Shown here one piece after another: positions 49,936-59,362 of a DNA stretch of 64,000 nt; within the stretch, counting starts at the first letter, position 1; every line of letters begins with the position of its first letter. The DNA lies in contig JADZGB010000003.1 in NCBI GenBank assembly GCA_020854105.1, forward strand, positions 60,573-124,572, written 5' to 3'. Source of the DNA: Burkholderiales bacterium. GTDB taxonomy: Bacteria > Pseudomonadota > Gammaproteobacteria > Burkholderiales > SHXO01. The notes beneath the pieces are model-generated. The model made no database searches, was not told where the DNA came from, and worked only from the letters and a program-made list of their open reading frames with translations. A program made the position numbers and the translations under genes.

Positions 49936-50835
49936 TCAGAGCCCGATGCGCACGTAGTGGTCGACCAGCAGGGCGGCGAACAGCAGCGAGAGATACAGGA
50001 TCGAGTAGCGGAACGTGCGTCGCGCGATCTGGTCGCTGTAGCGCACGTAGATCAGCGTGGCGTACCAGACGAAGATCAGACCGAGCGCGACCGCCGAGGC
50101 GAGATAGATCAGGCCGCTCATGCGGGTGCTGAACGGCAGCAGGCTCACGGCGAACAGGATCAGCGTGTAGAGCAGCACGTGCAGCCGGGTGAAGCGGTCG
50201 CCGTGCGTGACCGGAAGCATCGGCACACCGGCCTTCGCGTACTCGTTCTTGCGGTACAGCGCGAGCGCCCAGAAGTGCGGCGGCGTCCAGGCGAAGATGA
50301 TCAGGAACAGCAGCAGCGCGTCCGAACCGATCTCCCCGGTGACGGCAGCCCAGCCCAGGACCGGCGGCATGGCGCCCGACGCGCCGCCGATCACGATGTT
50401 CTGTGGCGTGAGGGGTTTGAGCACGATGGTGTAGATGATGGCGTAGCCGACGAAGGTGGCCAGTGTCAGCCACATGGTCAGAGGATTGACCAGGGCGTAC
50501 AGTATCCAAAGGCCGGTTCCGCCGACCACCGAGGAGAACGCGAGGGTCTCGGCGGAGGTGAGCCGGCCCATCGGCAGCGGGCGTGCGCGTGTGCGCGCCA
50601 TCACCTTGTCGATCTTCTGCTCGACCAGGCAGTTGATCGCGGCAGCCGCCCCCGCCAGCAGCGCAATGCCGACAGTGCCGAACACCAGCGCCTGCAACGG
50701 CACCATGCCCGGCGTGGCGAGGAACATGCCGATCACGGCGGTGAATACGATCAGCGAAACGACCCGGGGCTTGGTGAGCGCGAAGAACTGCTGGATTCGC
50801 GGAAGGGCCTGGCGCGATTGAACGGTGGTCGTCAT
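49936..50835 (-). CDS. ctaB: protoheme IX farnesyltransferase (heme O synthase)
   Basis: '[18 protein letters not shown]' and UbiA-family motifs. ATG 50835 preferred; the ORF opens at 50913. Confidence 0.9.
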   Translation of the reverse strand: MTTTVQSRQALPRIQQFFALTKPRVVSLIVFTAVIGMFLATPGMVPLQALVFGTVGIALLAGAAAAINCLVEQKIDKVMARTRARPLPMGRLTSAETLAFSSVVGGTGLWILYALVNPLTMWLTLATFVGYAIIYTIVLKPLTPQNIVIGGASGAMPPVLGWAAVTGEIGSDALLLFLIIFAWTPPHFWALALYRKNEYAKAGVPMLPVTHGDRFTRLHVLLYTLILFAVSLLPFSTRMSGLIYLASAVALGLIFVWYATLIYVRYSDQIARRTFRYSILYLSLLFAALLVDHYVRIGL

Positions 50836-50902
50836 GACGAAGTGCGGACGGGCCGGCTGGCAGCGGTGAAAAGCAGGGCGAAGTGTAGCACCATCGGCTC
50901 CC

Positions 50903-51460
50903 TCACCCCGCACGCGAGGACTTCAGGAGGCGTCTGAGGTCCTTCTTGATCAGGCTGGGATCGGGATCACGCGGGTAGCGCATCATCACGTTGCCAAGGG
51001 GGTCGACCAGATAGATGTGGTCGCGCGCCGCACCCGCGGGCGCCAGTCCGGTGGCGAGATCCGCACCAGCAGGCAGCATGTGGGTGCCCTTGTAGTCGTT
51101 GCGCAGCTGAGCGGCCGGCTCGTGCGCATCGTCCACGATCCAGACGCGCTCCACGCGGTTCATGTCCTCGCCCTGTGTCAGCCGCACCTGGCGCATGATG
51201 TAGAGCTTGCGCTGGCAATAGGCGTCGCACGCGCCTGAATCGAACATCAGGAACGTCCACTTGCCGCGGACGGCTTCGAACCCCGCGGGCGCACTGCCGC
51301 GTGCGAGCGGCACCGGCCTGATCAATTCGCCGTAGTTGACGAACTCGTCGGGCTTCCAGAACAGATACAGCACGTAGCTGCCGATCAGCGGGAAGGCGGC
51401 GACCGCGCCGATCAGGAGGATGATCCAGTTCGTTTTCTCAGATCTTCTTGCGTCGGACAT
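50903..51460 (-). CDS. membrane-anchored thioredoxin-like protein of the cox cluster (CxxxC)
   Basis: N-terminal TM ([23 protein letters not shown]), then '[14 protein letters not shown]', which resembles SCO-type CxxxC. Family name not recognised. Confidence 0.55.
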   Translation of the reverse strand: MSDARRSEKTNWIILLIGAVAAFPLIGSYVLYLFWKPDEFVNYGELIRPVPLARGSAPAGFEAVRGKWTFLMFDSGACDAYCQRKLYIMRQVRLTQGEDMNRVERVWIVDDAHEPAAQLRNDYKGTHMLPAGADLATGLAPAGAARDHIYLVDPLGNVMMRYPRDPDPSLIKKDLRRLLKSSRAG

Positions 51461-52142
51461 GTAGCACCACGTAGAGCATGGCGATTACGCCACTCATCAC
51501 GAACCACTGCAGGGCGTAGGCGCGATGCCTGTCCACCCCGGCGTCGGGTCGCATCCAGCTGCGCGACAGTCCGTCTCGCATTTCGTTGCCCTGTTGCAGG
51601 AGCAAGGGCTGCAAGGCAAGTCCGAACCGCTGTGCGTACTGGTCGAATTTCAGGTTCTGCCACACCGGCCCGGTGATCGCCTCCTCGCCCAGTTCCACGT
51701 AGCGCGCACGGGGAGGAAGTGCCAGGCCCTCGACCGTCACCACGCCCTGCGGCGTCGGAACGTCGGGCAGGTGTTCGCGCGAGCTGGTTGCCTTCACCCA
51801 TCCGCGGTTAACCAGGACGTGAAGCATGGAATCCTCCAGCCGCAGCGGCGTCAGCACTTCGTAACCGACGACGCCGTCCAGGACGCGATTGTCGAGCAGG
51901 ATGGTGGCCGCCGCCACGAAATGCCCCGTTGCGGTGACCCGGCTGTAGTACAAGGGCTCACCGTCGATGGGCCGTGAGGAAATCCGCACCGCGGGCGCGC
52001 GCGCGGCGTGGTCGATTCGCGCCTGCAGCGCGCTCTTGTACGCGGCACGCTCGAGTTGCCAGTTTCCGAGATAGGCCGTGATCACCACGCCCGCCACGGC
52101 AGCAAGGGTCGGCACGGCTCTGCGCAGTCGGGAATCGGGCAT
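51438..52142 (-). CDS. SURF1-family cytochrome oxidase assembly protein
   Basis: 'LGNWQLERAAYK', a C-terminal 'YALQWF' motif, and two TM helices. The start could be ATG 52142 or 52196. Confidence 0.8.
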   Translation of the reverse strand: MPDSRLRRAVPTLAAVAGVVITAYLGNWQLERAAYKSALQARIDHAARAPAVRISSRPIDGEPLYYSRVTATGHFVAAATILLDNRVLDGVVGYEVLTPLRLEDSMLHVLVNRGWVKATSSREHLPDVPTPQGVVTVEGLALPPRARYVELGEEAITGPVWQNLKFDQYAQRFGLALQPLLLQQGNEMRDGLSRSWMRPDAGVDRHRAYALQWFVMSGVIAMLYVVLHVRRKKI

Positions 52143-52226
52143 GGGATCGGCTGTCAAATCGTGCACGGGCGCTCCGGCACCCGGGCACCCGGCCATCGGC
52201 TAGACTCGACTTTTTCCGAGGCGTTC

Positions 52227-52424
52227 ATGAAAGTCCTGGTGATCCTGTTTCTGGTCGTGATTCTGGGCAGCCTCGGCTCCGCCCTGTACTACCTGGTGCG
52301 TGACCGCGGACAGTCCGACCGCACGGCGCGGGCGCTCACCTGGCGCATTGCGCTGTCGATTGGCCTGTTCATCCTGCTGATGGCGGGCTACATGACCGGC
52401 ATCATCCCGCGCAGCGGGCTGTAG
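52227..52424 (+). CDS. twin-transmembrane-helix small protein (DUF2909)
   Basis: 65 aa: MKVLVILFLVVILGSLGSALYYLVRDRGQSDRTARALTWRIALSIGLFILLMAGYMTG. Typical cox-cluster companion. Confidence 0.7.
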   Translation: MKVLVILFLVVILGSLGSALYYLVRDRGQSDRTARALTWRIALSIGLFILLMAGYMTGIIPRSGL

Positions 52425-52427
52425 AAG

Positions 52428-52496
52428 CAAAACGCCGCACCGGGGCGGTGCGGCGTCACGTTGCCGGGCGTCGGCTGCCGCGTCGAGCGGCAGCCG
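52428..52496 (-). terminator. two hairpins downstream of coxC, the distal one followed by a T-tract
   Basis: CGGCTGCCGC-GTCGA-GCGGCAGCCG at 52472-52496, and ACGCCGCACC-GGGGC-GGTGCGGCGT at 52432-52456. On the minus strand the latter is followed by TTTGCTTCT. Confidence 0.5.
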
Positions 52497-52504
52497 CGCT
52501 TGGT

Positions 52505-53371
52505 TCAGACCAGCCAGTAGACCAGCACGAACAGCAGCAGCCAGACCACGTCGACGAAGTGCCAGTACCAGGATACGGCCTCGAAGCCGAAATGGCGCTC
52601 AGGCGTGAAGTGTCCCTTCAGCGCACGGAAGAAGATCACGATCAGCATGATCGTGCCCAGCGTCACGTGGAAACCGTGGAAACCGGTCAGCATGAAGAAG
52701 GTCGCACCGTAAGCCCCGGAGGCGAGTGTCAGGTTGAGATCCCGGTAGGCGTGCACGTACTCGTAGACCTGCAGGCTCAGGAACACGAGGCCCAGGACGA
52801 TGGTCAGCAACAGTCCGAACGTGAGCTGACCGCGGTTGTTCTTCTTCAGTCCCCAGTGCGCCCAGGTGACCGTCAGGCCAGAGGTCAGCAGGATCAGCGT
52901 GTTGATTGCGGGAATGCCCCAAGCCCCCATGGGCGTAAAGGTCTCCTCGATGCCCGGGCCGGACACGGGCCACGCCGACTTGAATCCCTGCCACAGCAGG
53001 TCGCCCGTCTCGGCATCCGCTAGCCATGGCACGGACAGCGCACGCATGTAGAACAGGGCGCCGAAGAAGGCCGCGAAGAACATGACCTCGGAGAAGATGA
53101 ACCAGCTCATCGCCCAGCGGTAGGAAACGTCCACCTGCTTGTTATACAGGCCGCTTTCGCTCTCGCGGATGACGGTGCCGAACCAGCCGAACAAGAAATA
53201 GAGCATGACGGCGAAGGCGGCCGCCATCACCAGCAGACCGCCGTTGACGTCGTTCATCCACATGACGAGCGACAGCATGAGCAGGAACACTGCGACGGAC
53301 CCGACCACGGGCCAATGCGACGGCGCCGGCAGGTAGTAGCTGTTTGGGTTTGCGTGCGTGGTGCTAGCCAT
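52505..53371 (-). CDS. coxC: cytochrome c oxidase subunit III
   Basis: 'GFHGFHVTLGTIML' and 'WYWHFVDVVWL' signatures. Confidence 0.9.
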   Translation of the reverse strand: MASTTHANPNSYYLPAPSHWPVVGSVAVFLLMLSLVMWMNDVNGGLLVMAAAFAVMLYFLFGWFGTVIRESESGLYNKQVDVSYRWAMSWFIFSEVMFFAAFFGALFYMRALSVPWLADAETGDLLWQGFKSAWPVSGPGIEETFTPMGAWGIPAINTLILLTSGLTVTWAHWGLKKNNRGQLTFGLLLTIVLGLVFLSLQVYEYVHAYRDLNLTLASGAYGATFFMLTGFHGFHVTLGTIMLIVIFFRALKGHFTPERHFGFEAVSWYWHFVDVVWLLLFVLVYWLV

Positions 53372-53431
53372 GCTGATGGCTCCTCTCCTGGACTTCTGGT
53401 TGAGACTTCTCGTTGTGGAAGACGGTCTGCT

Positions 53432-53647
53432 TCACGTGATCAGGCGAACGACAGTGACGATGGTAAGCACGAAGACGGCTGCCGCGATCACTCCTGCAAT
53501 CACCACGTGCAGGGGCCGTATGGCATCCTGGTCCCGGTCGCGCGCGGCGTTCTTGCGTATGCCGATGAAGGCCGACAGCACCGCGGCGACTGCCCGCAAT
53601 GGCGACGTCTGTTTCCCCGGCTGTTCCGGGCCCCGCTCGGACGGCAT
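53432..53647 (-). CDS. DUF2970-like small membrane protein
   Basis: 71 aa: MPSERGPEQPGKQTSPLRAVAAVLSAFIGIRKNAARDRD... Located between cox11 and coxC. Family assigned from memory. Confidence 0.5.
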   Translation of the reverse strand: MPSERGPEQPGKQTSPLRAVAAVLSAFIGIRKNAARDRDQDAIRPLHVVIAGVIAAAVFVLTIVTVVRLIT

Positions 53648-53658
53648 CGTGATCCCCT

Positions 53659-54195
53659 CTAGCTCTCTCCTCGCGTTTTCCCTCCCGGCAATTCGAAGAA
53701 GGTGTACGACAGGGTTATTACCGATACGTCGCGCGGCAGTTGAGGGTCGACAACGAACTGCAGCGGCATCTGCCGGGTCTCGTTGCCGCGCAGCTCCTGG
53801 CGCGCGAAACAGAAGCATTCGACCTTCTTGACGTACTGGCCGGCAATCTGCGGACCATAGCTGGGGATGGCCTGTCCCAGCTTGTCCACGGCGGCCGTAT
53901 TCGTGACCTCGTAGACGATGTGCACCATCTCGCCCGGATGTGCCTGGACGCTCTTCTGCAGCGGTCGGAAGGTCCAGGGAAGGTCGCGGGTATTGGCATC
54001 GAACTGGATGGTCAGCGTGCGCGAGGTGTCCACCTGCGTGTTGACCAGCCTGTCGGCCTTCTGCAGATCGTAGATGCCGGCCGTCTCGCAGATCTTCTTG
54101 TAGATCGGGACAAGCGCGAAACCGAAGCCGAACATGGCGACGGCGATGACGACCAGCTTGCGCAGCAGCAGCGCGTTGCCCGATGCCGTGCTCAT
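53659..54195 (-). CDS. ctaG: cytochrome c oxidase assembly protein CtaG/Cox11
   Basis: TM anchor plus 'KKVECFCFARQEL' (Cox11 copper motif CFCF). Confidence 0.9.
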   Translation of the reverse strand: MSTASGNALLLRKLVVIAVAMFGFGFALVPIYKKICETAGIYDLQKADRLVNTQVDTSRTLTIQFDANTRDLPWTFRPLQKSVQAHPGEMVHIVYEVTNTAAVDKLGQAIPSYGPQIAGQYVKKVECFCFARQELRGNETRQMPLQFVVDPQLPRDVSVITLSYTFFELPGGKTRGES

Positions 54196-54314
54196 TGGAA
54201 GTAGCGGCGCACGATGAACCCGATGAAGAAGGCCAGGGCGACGGCAGCGAGGATAAGCCCGGTGCGCACGTTGCGCGCCCGAAGGTTACGGGGATCCTCG
54301 CCGCGATCAGTCAT
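54192..54314 (-). CDS. cytochrome oxidase small assembly protein (40 aa)
   Basis: MTDRGEDPRNLRARNVRTGLILAAVALAFFIGFIVRRYFQ, a single TM helix. Located between coxA and cox11, overlapping the cox11 start by 4 nt. Confidence 0.45.
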   Translation of the reverse strand: MTDRGEDPRNLRARNVRTGLILAAVALAFFIGFIVRRYFQ

Positions 54315-54340
54315 GCCTTGCCTGCTTTTGCCTGCCCGCG

Positions 54341-55921
54341 TTACCTGATGACCGGCGGCTTCTCGAAGCTGTGATACGGCGCCGGTGTGGGCAGCATGGT
54401 CCACTCGATACTGTCCGCACCTTCCCACGGCCTCTGCGGCGCCTTCTCTCCGCTGCGGATCGCCTTCAGGATGATGTACAGGAACAGCAGCTGGGACAGG
54501 CCGAATCCGAAGGCTCCGATCGTGGACACCATGTTGAAGTCGGTGAACTGCAGAGAATAGTCGGGAATGCGCCGCGGCATGCCGGCCAGGCCCAGGAAGT
54601 GCTGGACGAAGAACGCGAGGTTGAAGAAGATGAACGACAGCCAGAAATGCAGCTTGCCGAGCCCCTCGTCGTACATCTTGCCGATCCACTTCGGCAACCA
54701 GAAATAGATGCCCGCGAAGGCGGAGAACAGGGCGCCTGCCACCATGACGTAGTGGAAGTGCGCCACCACGTAGTAGGTGTCGTGCAACTGCACGTCGACC
54801 GGCGTGATCGCGAGCACCAGGCCGGTGAAGCCCCCTATGGTGAACAGGAACAGGAAGCCGATGGCGAACAGCATCGGGGTCTCGAAGGTCATCGAGCCCT
54901 TCCACATGGTGGCCACCCAGTTGAATACCTTCACTCCCGTGGGCACGGCGATGAGCATCGTCGCGAACATGAAGTACAGTTGCGCCTGAACCGGCATGCC
55001 CACCGTATACATGTGGTGTGCCCACACGAGGAAGGACAGGATGGCGATGGAGGCCGTCGCGTACACCATCGACGAGTAGCCGAACAGCGGCTTGCGCGCG
55101 AACGCCGGGATCACTTGGGAGATCACGCCGAAGGCGGGGATGGCGATGATATACACCTCGGGGTGTCCGAAGAACCAGAAGATGTGCTGGAACAACACCG
55201 GGTCGCCGCCGCCGGCCGGGTTGAAGAAGTGCGTATCGAAATGGCGGTCGGTGAGCAGCATGGTCACCGCACCCGCGAGCACGGGCATGACCGCGATCAG
55301 CAGGTAGGCAGTGATGAGCCACGTCCAGCAGAACAGGGGCATCTTCATCAGCGTCATGCCGGGCGCACGCATGTTGAGGACGGTGGTGATGATATTGATC
55401 GAGCCCATGATCGACGACATGCCGAGGATGTGCACGGCGAAGATCGTCAGATCCATGCTCATCCCCTGCTGGATGGTCAGCGGGGGATAGAGCGTCCAGC
55501 CCACGCCAGCCGGTCCACCGGGGGTGAACTGCGCGAGGATGAGCAGCAGCGCGGCGGGCGGCAGCAGCCAGAAGCTCCAGTTGTTCATGCGCGGGAAGGC
55601 CATGTCGGGCGCGCCGATCTGCATCGGGATGAGCCAGTTCGCGAATCCCACGAAGGCCGGCATGATCGCGCCGAACACCATGATCAGGCCATGGTAGGTG
55701 GTCATGGCGTTGAAGAACTCGGGATTGACGATCTGCAGGCCGGGCTGGAACAGCTCGGCGCGGATTACCAGCGCCATCGCGCCGCCCAGAAGGAACATGG
55801 AGAACGAGAACCACAGGTACATCGAGCCGATGTCCTTGTGATTGGTCGTCGTCAGGTACTTCATGATCCCCGTCGGGCCGTGGTGGTCGTGCGCGTGGTC
55901 GTGACCGTGTACCGCTTCCAT
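54341..55921 (-). CDS. coxA: cytochrome c oxidase subunit I
   Basis: '[10 protein letters not shown]', 'HHMYTVGM' and 'VAHFHYVM' heme-copper oxidase signatures. Confidence 0.95.
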   Translation of the reverse strand: MEAVHGHDHAHDHHGPTGIMKYLTTTNHKDIGSMYLWFSFSMFLLGGAMALVIRAELFQPGLQIVNPEFFNAMTTYHGLIMVFGAIMPAFVGFANWLIPMQIGAPDMAFPRMNNWSFWLLPPAALLLILAQFTPGGPAGVGWTLYPPLTIQQGMSMDLTIFAVHILGMSSIMGSINIITTVLNMRAPGMTLMKMPLFCWTWLITAYLLIAVMPVLAGAVTMLLTDRHFDTHFFNPAGGGDPVLFQHIFWFFGHPEVYIIAIPAFGVISQVIPAFARKPLFGYSSMVYATASIAILSFLVWAHHMYTVGMPVQAQLYFMFATMLIAVPTGVKVFNWVATMWKGSMTFETPMLFAIGFLFLFTIGGFTGLVLAITPVDVQLHDTYYVVAHFHYVMVAGALFSAFAGIYFWLPKWIGKMYDEGLGKLHFWLSFIFFNLAFFVQHFLGLAGMPRRIPDYSLQFTDFNMVSTIGAFGFGLSQLLFLYIILKAIRSGEKAPQRPWEGADSIEWTMLPTPAPYHSFEKPPVIR

Positions 55922-55972
55922 AATCTCCGCTCTCCTGCTAGCTCGAATTTTTCTGCGCCTCGCCGCCCTGCC

Positions 55973-57076
55973 TCAGCGCGACTGTGCAAGCATGTGGTCC
56001 ACCGCTGCCTTCACCTGCTCGTCCGACAGCGCGGTGTTCCCGCCCCGCGGAGGCATCATGTTGAAGCCGCCGATCGCATGGGTGTACAGGACGTCCAGGC
56101 CCTTAGCCGAACGCGGTGCCCAGGCGGCCTTGTCCCCGACCTTCGGGGCACCCGCCACGCCGGCAGCGTGACACATCAGGCAGGCCTGGTCGTATACCGC
56201 CTTGCCATCGGCCACAGCCGCGACACCCGGTGCAGGCGCCGCCTCCGCGGGCGCGGCATCTGTTGCGGTGGCAGGCACCGCTGCAGCCACGGGCGTTCCC
56301 TGGCCGGCCTTGCGTTCCGTCACCCACTTCGCGTAGTCCTCGTCGGACACCACGCGCACGACGACCGGCATGTACGCGTGTTCCTTGCCGCACAGCTCAG
56401 CGCACTGGCCGCGGTAGACGCCCGGTTCCTCGGCGCGGAACCAGGTGTCGCGCACGAAGCCGGGGATCGAATCCTGCTTCACCGCCAGGGCGGGGACGTA
56501 CCAGGCGTGAATCACGTCACCGGCAGTGAGCAGCACACGCACCTTCTTGCCGACCGGGACGACCATCTCGTTGTCGACCTCGAGCAGGTAGTTCTCGGTC
56601 TTCGTCTCGACGTTCTCGATCTGTGCGCGAGGCGTCGCCAGGGTGCTATAGAAGCTGATGTTCTCGTCCAGGTACTCGTACTGCCACTTCCACTGGTAGC
56701 CGGTCACCTTCACGGTGAGATCCGGAGAGGAGGTGTCGCGCTGCGCGAGCAGTGTCTTGGTGGCGGGATAGGCCATGCCGAGCAGGATCAGGAACGGAAT
56801 GACCGTCCACAGGACCTCGACCGTGGTGTTCTCGTGGAAGTGTGCGGCCTGATGCCCGACCGATTTCCGATGCTTCCAGATCGAGTACAGCATCAAGCCG
56901 AAGACGACGATGAAGATGATCAGACAGATCACGACGATCGCGTTGTGCAGGTCGTACACCGCATGCCCGAGCGCAGTCTTCTGATCCTGCAGGTTGAACC
57001 GCATCTCCCCGAACGCCAGCCCGGCCCAGGAGGACAGGGCCAGCGCCAGCAGGGTGTGGGCAGTTCTCGTGATCAT
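55973..57076 (-). CDS. coxB: cytochrome c oxidase subunit II with fused C-terminal cytochrome c domain
   Basis: CuA site 'CAELCGKEHAYM' and a C-terminal 'CLMCHAAG' heme-binding motif. ATG 57076 follows GGGGAGA and gives signal peptide MITRTAHTLLALALSSWAGLAFG. Confidence 0.9.
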   Translation of the reverse strand: MITRTAHTLLALALSSWAGLAFGEMRFNLQDQKTALGHAVYDLHNAIVVICLIIFIVVFGLMLYSIWKHRKSVGHQAAHFHENTTVEVLWTVIPFLILLGMAYPATKTLLAQRDTSSPDLTVKVTGYQWKWQYEYLDENISFYSTLATPRAQIENVETKTENYLLEVDNEMVVPVGKKVRVLLTAGDVIHAWYVPALAVKQDSIPGFVRDTWFRAEEPGVYRGQCAELCGKEHAYMPVVVRVVSDEDYAKWVTERKAGQGTPVAAAVPATATDAAPAEAAPAPGVAAVADGKAVYDQACLMCHAAGVAGAPKVGDKAAWAPRSAKGLDVLYTHAIGGFNMMPPRGGNTALSDEQVKAAVDHMLAQSR

Positions 57077-57120
57077 GTCTGTTGTCTCCCCGGCGGAATG
57101 CCTGTATCCAAGTCTTGATT

Positions 57121-57603
57121 TCAACTGCGGCGCGCACGCCCCAGCTGGTTCTTCAATGTCCGCGCCACCTCGGCCCGCTGCTCGGGTGTCAGGTGACGGC
57201 CGAATTCCACTTCCCGTCCGTGTGAGCGAACGGCGAGCGCGCCTGCGCCTCCCCCGCGTCCCGGGTGGACGATCACCTGTACCCAGAGCCGATTGAATTC
57301 GAATCGTGTGGGCCGGCCGCTCTCCCAGCGCTCGACGAGGATGCGGTCACCGCAGATCGAAATGCTCTCGTAGTCTCCCGCACGCCTGGCGATGGCCCTG
57401 AAGGCCAAGTAAAGGATCGCGATCTCCGCCCCGGCAAAGGGCAAGATCATCCAGGCGCCGTGCAGTGCGAAGGCCAGCGAAATGGCCGCAGAGACGAAAA
57501 CGAACGAGCCGAGTACCGCACTCCTGCCAGTCGACGAGAGGGAATTGTTGTGCCGCGACACGAGCATGAAGCTGCGCGGTTCCTCGCCGTAGGCGCGATC
57601 CAT
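57121..57603 (-). CDS. DUF2244-like integral membrane protein upstream of coxB
   Basis: Two TM helices and 'GDRILVERWESGRPTRFEFNRLWVQV'. Commonly the first gene of such cox operons. Family assigned from memory. Confidence 0.6.
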   Translation of the reverse strand: MDRAYGEEPRSFMLVSRHNNSLSSTGRSAVLGSFVFVSAAISLAFALHGAWMILPFAGAEIAILYLAFRAIARRAGDYESISICGDRILVERWESGRPTRFEFNRLWVQVIVHPGRGGGAGALAVRSHGREVEFGRHLTPEQRAEVARTLKNQLGRARRS

Positions 57604-57662
57604 GACGGACTCTGGCTCTGAGCTATGTCGATTGCGGCTCTCCTCCCCCCAATGGCGGAGAA

Positions 57663-57691
57663 ATTTAGCACAGCGCCTTAATCCAAATCAA
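57663..57691 (-). promoter_or_regulatory. candidate sigma-70 promoter for the cox operon
   Basis: Minus strand reads TTGATT-N17-CTAAAT, in the lower-GC 100-bp spacer upstream of the DUF2244 gene. Confidence 0.3.
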
Positions 57692-57704
57692 CAACGCGCA
57701 AGTT

Positions 57705-58565
57705 TTACCTGTTCCGAGGCAGCACGCGAATCACCGCGCGGCCATCCTCGATCGTGCGCGGCTGCTCCGGTTTCCACGCATGGCCGTAGACGATCTCGAA
57801 GCTCGCCGGCACGCGGCCGTCACGCTCGAACGCGCGATACCGCCGTTCCAGGGCGCCCAGCCATGCTCTTCCGCGCAGGCCCGCTGCCGGGCGCGACGCA
57901 GCGGTGCACCCGCCTGCACGCAGCTCCGCGAGCAGCGCGCGCACGTCCGGGTAAGTCAGCGTGATGCGCTCCATGTCCATCACCGGATCGGCGAAGCCGT
58001 GCCGGATCAGCGCGTCGCCGATGTCGTGCATGTCGGCCAGAGCGTGGCTGCCCGCATCCGGGGCCACGCTGCGCAACTCGCGCAGCGAATCGGGGCCCAG
58101 CGTAGTGAACATGAACAGGCCTCCCCGACGCAGGACGCGGTGCACCTCGCGCATCACCTGTCCGGGCTCGTCGCTCCATTCGAGCGCCAGATTGCTGCAC
58201 ACCATGTCGAACGTGCCGCCGCCCAGCGGCAGGCGCGCCATGTCTGCGCAGACCGACCGGGGCTCCGCCCTGCGCCAGGCTGCCCAGAAGGGCCGGGGTG
58301 CGTGCCCGGCATGCAGCATCGCCAGGGAGAAGTCGAGCGCGACCGCCTGAGCTGTCGGGTAGCGCTCCAGCAGAGCGCGTGCGACCGCGCCCGGTCCGCT
58401 GCCGAGGTCGAGCACGCGCGCAGGCTGCATGCGCACCAGATCCAGACGCTGCAGCATGCGCGCCGCGACTTCGCGCGCGAGGGCCGATGCATCGTCGTAG
58501 CCGCGGGCACAACGGTCGAAGCGCCGACGCACGCGCCGCACGTCGGCCGCCGGCGTGTCAGGCAC
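57705..58565 (-). CDS. bioC: malonyl-[ACP] O-methyltransferase BioC
   Basis: 'RRRFDRCARGYDDASALAREVAARMLQRL...VLDLGSGPG...FDMVCSNLALEWSDEP...GGLFMFTTLGPDSLRELR' is colinear with the BioC family. Confidence 0.75.
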   Translation of the reverse strand: MPDTPAADVRRVRRRFDRCARGYDDASALAREVAARMLQRLDLVRMQPARVLDLGSGPGAVARALLERYPTAQAVALDFSLAMLHAGHAPRPFWAAWRRAEPRSVCADMARLPLGGGTFDMVCSNLALEWSDEPGQVMREVHRVLRRGGLFMFTTLGPDSLRELRSVAPDAGSHALADMHDIGDALIRHGFADPVMDMERITLTYPDVRALLAELRAGGCTAASRPAAGLRGRAWLGALERRYRAFERDGRVPASFEIVYGHAWKPEQPRTIEDGRAVIRVLPRNR

Positions 58566-58630
58566 CGGCCGGCTCCAGGTCCAGCGTACCGCATTCGCGC
58601 TTGCAGGCGCGATCGGGATCGGTCACATTA

Positions 58631-59356
58631 ATGCGCATGGCATTTCCATCGATACTCGGCATGGTCGGCATGCAGGCACGTCTGCGGGCCGCGCTGCTTC
58701 CCGGCCCATGCGCGCTGTGCGGTGGGAAGGCCGGTCCCGGCGGCTGGTGCGCGGCCTGCTGGCAGGACGTTCCGGGACAGGACGAACCACGCTGTCCCAC
58801 CTGCGCGCTGCCTGGCGCGCGCCAGGCGGCCTGCGGGCGCTGCCTGCGCGAGCCGCCCGCGTACGTGCGCAGCTTCGCCGCATGCAGCTACGCCTTCCCG
58901 ATCGACGCGATGGTCGCCCAGTTCAAGTACGGGCGCAACCTCGCGCTCGCCGCACCGCTCGGCACCCTCCTGTGCACACGGGCACGCGAGGCGCCGCGTC
59001 CCGATCTGCTGGTGCCGGTGCCAGTCGGCAGAGTGCGCCTTGCGCAGCGCGGCTTCAACCAGGCGGCGGAACTGGCGCGCCTCGTCGCCCACGACCTGCA
59101 GCTCGAGATGGATCCACGGGCCGCGCTGCGGCGCGACGCCGATCCGCCGCAGGCCTCGCTGCCGCTGAGCGAGCGCGCCCGCAGCGTTCGCGGCGCATTC
59201 CGCTGCGCGCGTGCGCTGCACGGGACGCGCGTCGCGCTGGTCGACGACGTGATGACTTCGGGTGCCACCTTGAACGAACTGGCCGCCACGCTGCTGCACG
59301 CGGGCGCGCGCGAGGTGCACTGCTGGGTGGTGGCGCGCACGCCCGAATCGGCCTGA
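58631..59356 (+). CDS. comF: ComF-family protein (phosphoribosyltransferase-like)
   Basis: N-terminal Cys pairs 'CALCGG...CAACW...CPTC...CGRC', 'RGFNQAAELAR', and the PRTase motif 'VALVDDVMTSGATL'. Confidence 0.8.
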   Translation: MRMAFPSILGMVGMQARLRAALLPGPCALCGGKAGPGGWCAACWQDVPGQDEPRCPTCALPGARQAACGRCLREPPAYVRSFAACSYAFPIDAMVAQFKYGRNLALAAPLGTLLCTRAREAPRPDLLVPVPVGRVRLAQRGFNQAAELARLVAHDLQLEMDPRAALRRDADPPQASLPLSERARSVRGAFRCARALHGTRVALVDDVMTSGATLNELAATLLHAGAREVHCWVVARTPESA

Positions 59357-59362
59357 GCCGCG

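Noticed and set aside
54371-57118. 915-aa plus-strand ORF antisense to coxA and coxB
   Set aside because: The opposite strand encodes unmistakable heme-copper oxidase subunits I and II. The antisense product is His/Arg/Asp/Gly-rich with no motifs.
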